This document shows positions 47,301-56,070 of a stretch of DNA of 64,000 nucleotides, one piece after another (positions within the stretch are counted from its first letter, which is position 1; every line of letters starts with the position of its first letter). The translations under genes were made by a program, and so were the position numbers. Source of the stretch: Macrostomum lignano (taxonomy: Eukaryota); assembly GCA_002269645.1 (NCBI GenBank), contig NIVC01000575.1:248001-312000 (forward strand), read 5' to 3'. The notes under the pieces are model-generated. The model saw nothing but the letters and a program-made list of their open reading frames with translations. It was not told the origin of the DNA and searched no databases.

Positions 47301-50300
47301 CGCGTCAGGGCTACGGTCCCCGCTGACCCCTCAGCACGCACTCACACAGAGTGTACAGCAGCCCCGAATTCTCATCTTCAGGCAAATACAGCTCTCTGGG
47401 CCTTGGAGTTTGCGCGCCTCATTGGCGCTAATTGCAAGCCCAAAAAACAGTCGAATCGAGGGTGCTTCGGACTACTATTCGGCAGTTCCAACTCTCTGAG
47501 CAAAGTCAGAGCTTCTCAGACCGGACTTGAGCACAATTGAATTTCAGATAAGTTTGGTTTTATAAGCAAGTTTACAGCATGCGAAATGACTTCGTTAGCA
47601 ACAAAAATGAGGTTAGTCTATTATGAGGTTACTCAGTGTACTCATTGAAACTTCAGTAGTCGCAAGTACAAATCGCGTTTTAGATTCAGAGAGAGTGTAC
47701 CCCTAAAATATCCTTGCAGTGAATTTCATTCTGACTCTATGTGAGCCATTCAAAGCTACACTATTAATTAATTAAGTTGTCCTTTACTTTCTATTAAATC
47801 CTCCCCCCACGTGCGAGCTGCACCCTCCTAGCCCTCCGTATCACGTTCGATCTGCCTCGATTCTGATTGGCTGTCAGGCAATCACGTGACCTAGGACGAG
47901 CCTCACCTCCAGCCTGGCCCTGTCGATCTCGTTCTCCAATCGGATTCGCTCCCGCTCCGACGACTCCAGTTCAAATTTCAATTTCTGATTTTCATTCTCC
48001 AGCCGGGATCGCTTCTCCTCAATGAACTCCAGCTCGTCGTGGAGTCGCACGGACACCTCCTTGGCCATGCGCAGCTCGTCCTCGAGCTCTTGAATCTGGC
48101 GGAGGGGGCGAGGGAGATGATGGCGGTGACTATTAAGTTTTGAGTTTTCGCAGAGATTCTTGGGCCCTGCAGCAGGAGGCAAGCAATGTACGGATATGTA
48201 CACACGCACACCGATATGTACACATGCTCACCAATATGTACACATGCTCACCGATATGTACACACGCACACCGATATGTACACACGCTCACCGATATGTA
48301 CACACGCACACCGATATGTACACACGCACACCGATATGTACACACGCTCACCGATATGTACACACGCTCACCGATATGTACACACGCACACCGATATGTA
48401 CACACGCTCACCGATATGTACACACGCACACCGATATGTACACACGCTCACCGATATGTACATACGCACACGGATATGTAGACACGCACACCGATATGTA
48501 CATACGCTCACCGATATGTACACACGCTCACCGATATGTACACACGCACACGGATATGTAGACACGCACACCGATATGTACATACGCTCACCGATATGTA
48601 CACATGCACACCGATATGTACACACGCACACCGATATGTACACACGCACACCGATATGTACACATGCTCACCGATATGTACACACGCACACCGATATGTA
48701 CACACGCACACCGATATGTACACACGATATCTATCTAGGATATTAAACGCGGCATAGATCTAAATATCTAGAAATGAATGCCATTCCTCTCTAAAAAGAG
48801 GATAGAAAAGTCACGGTCTCCTACAAGAGACTAGGGATAGTTTGCTTCAAAATCAAAGAAAACTTCCGATGTTGGTAATAGATTTTACGAGTACAACAAT
48901 AGAAAAGATGCATCCCAGTTTAAATTGCAGCGCAATTTCCTGCCGCTACAAAGGCTAAATCTCTCCCTAAAACAAGTGAAAAGGAAAAAGCTCAGAAAAA
49001 AGTCTCGCAAGCAGGCGAGCAGATGAAGGGCGAGAGGAAAAATTTGACAAATTTGGCCAATCTCAAGCGGCAAGACGCAAGATCTGGTCCTGTAATTTGT
49101 CACAATTCGCCCACACGAAGGAACGCCCTCTTCTTTCTGAGAGCGGGGGCACCTTTTCTTTCCTGTCTGTATTTCTCTCTCTCAGTCTTTCAGCATCTTT
49201 CGCTCTCCATCAATTAGAGGAGAAACCGACTTTGCTCCCCCCAGTCGGAAATCTGGCCTCCCGCGTGGGCCAACAAACAGCTGTCACAGTTCCTTCTCTC
49301 TTCGCTGGCCTCCTCTGCCCTGTGGCTGGCATTTTTTCACTCCCAAGTAGTCTGTGGCTTGGGTGCCCCATAACGAATCTATTTTAAACCCAAAACAGCA
49401 GTGATCGAGTTGGAATTTTATTGCTTAGTTGGTAGAAACAGTTTTTTTGTAATGAATAAATAATGGAAACTGGGAACGTGGAAACCGTCTCTGGTCCTAC
49501 AGCTTCATATTGAATAGTTCACTTGTTTCTGTTTTGGATTCGCCAATTCACACGATCCACAACGGAACCGGGGTCTGCTTCTTATCAGCAATTGCGTGCC
49601 CTTGTAGCTCCGATTGCACTGCCGCATCTGAAAAACTCGAACTGGTTCACTAAAGCCAAGCAGACTTTGTCGAGAAACTTTGTGTCACGATTTCTTACGC
49701 GGAAAACTCCTTTTGTGATGCTAGACAGATGGTTGTACGCTCGTAGACACTGCCTCAGAGTCTATTTGGGTTAGCTCAGTCACAACAGCACACACAGTCC
49801 TGCAGCTCAGTCACAACAGCACACACAGTCCTGCAGGTCAGTCACAACAGCACACACAGTCCTGCAGGTCAGTCACAACAGCACACACAGTCCTGCAGGT
49901 CAGTCACAACAGCACACACAGTCCTGCAGGTCAGTCACAACAGCACACACAGTCCTGCAGGTCAGTCACAATAGCACACACAGTCCTGCAGGTCAGTCAC
50001 AATAGCACACACAGTTCTGCAGGTCAGTCACAACAGTACACACAGTCCTGCAGCTCAGTCACAACAGCACACACAGTCCTGCAGCTCAGTCACAATAGTA
50101 CACACAGTCCTGCAGCTCAGTCACAACAGTTACACACAGTCCTGCAGCTCAGTCACAACAGTTACACACAGTCCTGCAGCTCAGTCACAATAGCACACAC
50201 AGTCCTGCAACTCAGTCACAATAGCACACACAGTCCTGCAACTCAGTCACAATAGCACACACAGTCCTGCAACTCAGTCACAATAGCACACACAGTCCTG

Positions 50301-51753
50301 CAGCTCAGTCACAACAGCACACACAGTCCTGCAGCTCAGTCACAACAGCACACACAGTTCTGCAGGTCAGTAACAGTCCTGCAGAGAAAACTCATTTCTC
50401 CCTCCTCAGCCACTCCCGCTCCCCAAGCCCTGCCACTCGCCTGCACGCTCTCGTCTCCGGAGAGCATCCGCTCGCCGAGCCGCCGGAACTTGTCCTCCAA
50501 GTCGGCCCGCTCGGCCTCGCACTGGTCGAAGCGGCGCTCAGCTTTGCGCAGCTTGAACTGGATCACCCGGTAGCTCTTGTTGGCCGCGTCCAGCTCCCGC
50601 TGAAGCTCTCTCACAGTGTTGGCCTGGCTGTCCTCGTCTTGAAACGAGTCGTGCATCTCGCTCAGCTCCTTTTGCAGCTCTTCTACTTCTTCTTTTAGCT
50701 GGTCATTCTCCTCCATGAGCTCTTGGCAGAGATCTTCGAGCTCCTGGGCTCGACTCTCGCTGGCGTCCTGCCCCGAAGTGGTCGCCGTGGTTGTCGGCGC
50801 CTCCTGGTGGCCGCTCTGGTCGGACTCGGGCAGCTTGAGACGCTCCCGGTAGCTCTTGATCTCCTGCTCCAGCTGCGCTACTCGCTTCTCTAAACCGGAA
50901 ATCTTGGCCCGGCAGCTCTCCAGCTCGGCCTCGAGGTCTTCAATGTCACCCAGCCTCTCCTCCATCTGCGTCTCCAGCTGGGTCTTCTCGCGGCACAACG
51001 CCTCGTACTTGTCTTCCATGTCGAACAGGTCGTTCTCCAGATCTTCGACGTACTTTTCGTCGAAGCTGGACCCGCCGGCGCCACTGCCGCCGCCGGTGCC
51101 GCTGCCTCCACCGTAGCTGCGTCCAGTGGCGGAGCGGAGGCTCTCCTTGCTTGCTGAACGGGATCTGCTTGAGCCTGAACGACAGGAAAACATGAAATTT
51201 AGTATTTTTATTAAAAAATGTTACATGAGAGAAAGCGGAGCCAGAGCTCACCCTCATAGCCGAAGCTCCTGCCGCCCTCTCTCTCGTCTTTATAGTCCTT
51301 CCGCTTCGACTCCGGCGTGGTCCGCCGCGACCCAGACGGCGACGAGCTCAGCGACTTGCCTGACGGCGTCCGCTCCAGGCCAGTGGACTTCCGCGACGAT
51401 CTTGGCGAGCCGGAAGCGCCGCTGCCGCCACCGCCGGAGGCTCCGCCAGACAGTTTCCGAAAGGCAGCCGATGGAGGCGACTCAGCTGCTGACGTCTGCG
51501 CTCCACTGCTGCCGCCGCCGCCCGCCGCTCCGCCGCCTGCCGCGCTGCCAGCCGAGTGCTGCGACTTCATCCGGAAGCAATTCTTGCAGACGTTCCTCCG
51601 CCAAGTCTGCGACTCGAATCCCGGGCACTCCTTCGGGCCGCCGCCCTCCTTGCCGGACTTTTTGCCCGCTACCGAAACAGTTTGCTGCTGCGGCGTCGGC
51701 TGCGGAGCTTCGTCCTTCTGCTCCTGTTGCTGCTGCTGCTGAGTGCTGGACAT
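35349..51753 (-). CDS. SOGA: SOGA/MTCL1-family large coiled-coil protein, ~2011 aa; exons 51753-51252, 51174-50441, 48095-47907, 46856-46782, 46708-46192, 45783-45430, 43771-43549, 42517-42364, 41523-41380, 41113-40687, 40039-39372, 39301-39065, 38649-38185, 38097-37861, 37776-37670, 36743-36188, 35795-35349
   Basis: SOGA-type segments RELDAANKSYRVIQFKLRKAERR, IQELEDELRMAKEVSVRLHDELEFIEEKR and DLVEQLRFSKEEAKILKRKL. All 16 junctions are phase-compatible, giving 6036 nt including the stop. Intron 2 uses a GC donor. Exon 7 has an alternative phase-2 donor. Confidence 0.8.
35901..36075 (+). mobile_element. tRNA-derived CORE-type (MIR-like) SINE relic
   Basis: tRNA-like head with B box GGTTCGATTCC (35952-35962), then GTGCCCATTGAGAAAGACACTTGACTCTGCATTGCTTCAGTCCCACCCAAGCTGTAAAATGGG, which resembles the MIR/CORE domain as recalled. 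Confidence 0.65.
36878..37590. repeat. Degenerate 21-bp minisatellite (GTGGGGACACTCACTATCCAT)
   Basis: Intronic tandem array; source of the MWGHSLS pseudo-ORFs. Confidence 0.93.
41130..41375 (-). mobile_element. Probable tRNA-derived SINE
   Basis: B-box-like GGGTCCGATTCC, the central motif GCTGTACACCCAGTGTGAGTGCGTGCC shared with other SINEs in the window, and a short-repeat tail. Confidence 0.45.
41640..42245. repeat. 30-bp minisatellite (GATCCCGCACCAGCTCCCAGTATCACTGGT)
   Basis: Intronic tandem array with two interleaved unit variants. Confidence 0.93.
42605..43490. repeat. Degenerate ~14-bp GGGGTGAGATTCT(A/G)A array interrupted by a SINE
   Basis: Repeat units occur on both sides of 42744-43096. 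Confidence 0.9.
42744..43096 (+). mobile_element. tRNA-derived SINE, copy A (~350 bp)
   Basis: GGGGCGTAGCCCAGCGGT (A box), GGCTCGATTCC (B box) and an A-rich tail. Highly similar to the inverted copy at 46953-47321. Confidence 0.8.
43795..45092. repeat. 32-bp minisatellite (GTAGCT(C/G)CCAGTCCCACCGGTGATCCACTAAT), ~40 copies
   Basis: Highly homogeneous, with mostly alternating C/G variants. Confidence 0.97.
45255..45403. mobile_element. hAT-type MITE, 149 bp
   Basis: TIRs CAGGGGTCGACAAACTT / AAGTTTGCCGACCCCTG and a degenerate 8-bp TSD TACTACAT / TGCCACAT. Shares the CTCTCATCTGGCCC end with the 30855 element. Confidence 0.75.
45880..46100. repeat. Degenerate ~40-bp tandem repeat (TGTGTCTTCGTTAGGTCTACGTGTACTTTT...)
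   Basis: About 5-6 imperfect units. Confidence 0.8.
46953..47321 (-). mobile_element. tRNA-derived SINE, copy B (inverted relative to copy A)
   Basis: Its reverse complement matches 42780-43080 over ~300 bp. T-rich tail at 46953-46966. A further SINE-like segment abuts it at ~47330-47490. Confidence 0.8.
48188..48725. repeat. 20-bp minisatellite (CCGATATGTACACACGC(A/T)CA), ~27 copies
   Basis: Direct inspection. Confidence 0.97.
49773..50380. repeat. 31-bp minisatellite (CTCAGTCACAACAGCACACACAGTCCTGCAG), ~19 copies
   Basis: Direct inspection. Confidence 0.96.
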
Positions 51754-53107
51754 TGCCGTCTCCGGTATTTCAACAGCACCCTAGAAGGCCCGCTGCTTGC
51801 TGCAGTGACTGGCGGCGAAGATTGCCGCCCGAAATTCGGTGGCTCCGTCGCTGCAGGATGCACGCAGTTGATTTCGATCAGTGAAATCGATTCGTGAAAA
51901 GTCAAAAAACTTTCCAAGACAGATGAATTAAGACGCGCGTCCGGGAGAATTGGGGGGGGGTGAAAGGGGAGCGTCGCTCCTCGGCTGCCAAAATGGGTAG
52001 AAAACAGAGAAAGGCGGAGACGGGACTAGAAGTTGTATTTAAAGGAGACGGCTGTCCATCTGGACTAATTTAAAAGCAGAACGGCTGCGCCCCCGGTGAA
52101 CATGGCGCGGTTTGAAATTGTTTGGATTGGCTGACTTTCTTTGGGTTCGCCCAGCACATCCTTGGCTTTCGTAGGCAGATTGCCCTTCGGAGGAAGGATG
52201 GAGCGGATTCCAGCCTCCTCGGGGGTAGAATGGGCAGAGGGAAACAGCAAGCGGCACCTTCGCTCGCTGCCCACCTTTTTTGGGCTTTTGACAGCCTGAA
52301 AGCGCTGCGCAGATGGGATTTGGGGGGGGGGGGGTGGAGACCCGATGAACGGTGATTCAGCCTGCCGTGGCTGTGCGGCGGGACTGCCAGCACGGAGAGG
52401 ATCTTCTTCCCCGTGTAAGGGGATTGTTGATCAGCGTGCAAGCTGCCTGGCTGCTGCGGCCCCATCTTCCTACCCTCTCGTATCTCCGTCTCCCATAGAA
52501 AATCTTTACATTTCCGAACCCTCAGCATTATTCGCTGGACCCAGACAGTTGTAGTTTTGCATTCTAACATATTGCAATTACTACTAGTTTGACTACGATA
52601 CTACTGTCGCTGTGTCCCCCCCAAACCACACGATACTGCTTTTAAATATCCCCCCTTATTCTGCAATAGCGGTGGCAGATGACTAGCAAGAATCGAAGGC
52701 ATGGGGTTGGCGATGGCGTAGTCAAGAGAGGACTTCAGTGTACAGCTGAACTTGTCGCTTACAGCCGGGCGAATGGGGATGCTGAGGAAGATTTTCTAAC
52801 CTGTGCAGAGGATGACGCAGCAGTTCAGGTGGACCGAATTCGGGAACGATCGCGTATCCACTGCAGATGCTGCACCAGTGCATACCGGCCTCAATAATGA
52901 GCAGAGCAAAGTTCGCACAATATAATCAACTCACCAGCACTCGATACTGCCGCTAGGCTGACTGAGAGGTCAGCAGAAAGTTTTTTAATAAAAAATGAAA
53001 CCGAAGAAACAAAACGCAGGCTGAGAGCGGCTCAGCCTGTCTCAAAATTGGCTTGGACTTCGAATTTCGAATGGTGAAACGACGCACAACGCGCCGCTCC
53101 CTCGCCT

Positions 53108-53156
<49 letters not shown>

Positions 53157-53792
53157 ATCTCTGCCTACTGCAAAAGGAAAGATTCTTTAAAATGACAACT
53201 CAAGCAAGAAACACAGTGTTGGAGAGAAAGTTATTGAGAGACGGAGAACTGAAGGCGGCAAATCTGAGAGGATGGAAGTGTGCGATAGAGGGAGACAGAG
53301 ACGGAGAGAGGGAGAAAAGTCGGCGGTGTAGGCGTAGTCCCACGCGGCACTTTTGACCTGATTATATGTCCGAAAACAGGCTTTCATTGCGCACCCACCC
53401 GGACCGCACGCTGGCTTGCGAGCCTCTGCTTTTTTTCTCTCTCTCCCAGTTCTTTCTCTCCGAAATTCTCTTCCCCTTAGCTGTGTTCTTCTGTCCCACT
53501 TTATCCCCCATATCCTGCTCCTTCGTCTTAGTAGCACTTTGGCCTTTTCCCCATTCAGGCCACTATGGAGCCCAGGGCGTGTTGGTGCGCGTACGAAAAC
53601 CAGACCGAAACTCCCGCGCGGATTAGGGAATGAATCGGCGAAAATCAATTTTATTGGCCGCGCGGGGACTTTTTTAGTTAGTCATTTAATTGAACAAACA
53701 TTGCTAATCCTATATACTAAAAATGAGTTGTCTGTATGTGGGTAGGCATGCGATAGATTTCAGAAAAAACGGTTCAAATTTTTTTGAGAGTC

Positions 53793-54097
53793 TGGCCCTC
53801 ATGGGGTTTGGCCCTCATGGGGTTTGGCCCTCATGGGGTTTCACCCTCATGGGGTTTGGCCCTCATGGGGTTTGGCCCTCATGGGGTTTCACCCTCATGG
53901 GGTTTGGCCCTCATGGGGTTTGGCCCTCATGGGGTTTGGCCCTCATGGGGTTTGGCCCTCATGGGGTTTCGCCCTCATGGGGTTTGGCCCTCATGGGGTT
54001 TGGCCCTCATGGGGTTTCGCCCTCATGGGGTTTGGCCCTCATGGGGTTTGGCCCTCATGGGGTTTCGCCCTCATGGGGTTTGGCCCTCATGGGGTTT
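53793..54097. repeat. 16-bp minisatellite (GGCCCTCATGGGGTTT), ~19 copies
   Basis: Direct inspection. Confidence 0.97.
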
Positions 54098-54757
54098 GGG
54101 GCTTTAGCACCAAGGGGCTTTAGCACCAAGGGGCTTTAGCACCAAGGGGCTTTAGCACCAAGGGGCTTTAGCACCAAGGGGCTTTAGCACCAAGGGGCTT
54201 TAGCACCAAGGGGCTTTAGCACCAAGGGGCTTTAGCACCAAGGGGCTTTAGCACCAAGGGGCTTTAGCACCAAGGGGCTTTAGCACCAAGGGGCTTTAGC
54301 ACCAAGGGGCTTTAGCACCAAGGGGCTTTAGCACCAAGGGGCTTTAGCACCAAGGGGCTTTAGCACCAAGGGGCTTTAGCACCAAGGGGCTTTAGCACCA
54401 AGGGGCTTTAGCACCAAGGGGCTTTAGCACCAAGGGGCTTTAGCACCAAGGGGCTTTAGCACCAAGGGGCTTTAGCACCAAGGGGCTTTAGCACCAAGGG
54501 GCTTTAGCACCAAGGGGCTTTAGCACCAAGGGGCTTTAGCACCAAGGGGCTTTAGCACCAAGGGGCTTTAGCACCAAGGGGCTTTAGCACCAAGGGGCTT
54601 TAGCACCAAGGGGCTTTAGCACCAAGGGGCTTTAGCACCAAGGGGCTTTAGCACCAAGGGGCTTTAGCACCAAGGGGCTTTAGCACCAAGGGGCTTTAGC
54701 ACCAAGGGGCGCCAGCACCAAGGGGCGCCAGCACCAAGGGGCGCCAGCACCAAGGGG
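54098..54757. repeat. 16-bp minisatellite (GGGGCTTTAGCACCAA), ~40 copies
   Basis: Abuts the previous array. The last three units are the variant GGGGCGCCAGCACCAA. Confidence 0.97.
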
Positions 54758-54929
54758 TGGCTCTTGATTATAGTTCTGCCCAATAATGCGCAGCAGGAGC
54801 TTTTTCATCGAAAGTACCTACTGCTAGTAAGTAGATGGAAAAACTTTATTTAAATTGTTCGACGAATTAATATTCCAGATAGTTATTAGCATAATTTTTC
54901 TTTCGACGACTTTCAGCTAGAAACTGCTT

Positions 54930-55252
54930 GCTGGCTACCCCACTAGCACTATGCTGGCTACCCCACTAGCACTACGCTGGCTACCCCACTTGCACTATGC
55001 TGGCTACCCCACTAGCACTATGCTGGCTACCCCACTAGCACTATGCTGGCTACCCCACTAGCACTATGCTGGCTACCCCACTAGCACTATGCTGGCTACC
55101 CCACTAGCACTATGCTGGCTACCCCACTAGCACTATGCTGGCTACCCCACTAGCACTATGCTGGCTACCCCACTAGCACTATGCTGGCTACCCCACTAGC
55201 ACTATGCTGGCTACCCCACTAGCACTATGCTGGCTACCCCACTAGCACTATG
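54930..55252. repeat. 23-bp minisatellite (CTGGCTACCCCACTAGCACTATG), ~14 copies
   Basis: Direct inspection. Confidence 0.96.
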
Positions 55253-56070
55253 CCTGCGCCCTAAGTCCTTGGAATGACCTCATTTACCTCAGCAGCCCTG
55301 TTGATGTCATCAGTTACCTCTGAAAACACGGGCGGGTTGAGAACTGAGGTTGGCTGGCGGTCTAGGCGCTGAGCATCGAGCTCAGACTGCTACAGCAACC
55401 CTGCCCCAACCCCTCTGCTCTATTCCGTCTCTGTGTTCTCCATCTCCCTTCCTCACTCCCCTCTCCCCTCCACTCAGTTCCTTGCCAGCCAATAGTTCCA
55501 CTCCACACCAGGCGACCCGCTGTGTCCTCTGGTGCAGAAGCAGCCAGAAACAACTGGGCCTCCCCTTCCCCCCCCTTCTCTCCACTCGCTCCTCTCACCC
55601 AACCGGTGTAGCCGTTCCAGATCCCGGCCACGTACTAGTCGAGTATTTCACAATCCGGCCGTCCCTACCCCGAGGTCAGGAATAGAGAGAGAGAGAGAGA
55701 GAGAGAGAGGCAGAAGCGGGAGAAGTCCACCGAAGCTAAAAACTGCGCAGCGTACTTGATACCCCCGAGACGGCGCCACCCACCCCGTCCTCCAACTCTT
55801 CCTCTTAGGTTCAGAACGAACGCAGTTAAACTCTAAAGTCCAGTGTTTACTAGCCACTCCAGAGCCTCCGCCAGTCTGCCATCCTCGAACTGCCTGCGCC
55901 CCACCTCTCCCCTCTCTCTCTCTCTCTCTCTTCTAAACGAAGAAAAGGGGATAGAGGAATAAACATTTAGACTGGAGGAATTTCTGGCTACCCATGCCGA
56001 CAGCCGTCTGCTGCCAATACCTGGCCACTTAAGCCACTAATTAAGCGACAACAGCAGCAAGCGGTTGGCA

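Noticed and set aside
48133-48757. Cys/His-rich ORFs resembling metallothionein or zinc fingers
   Set aside because: Translations of the 20-bp intronic minisatellite in all frames.
53793-54757. Telomeric repeat arrays
   Set aside because: The 16-bp units do not match TTAGGG-type repeats and are interstitial.
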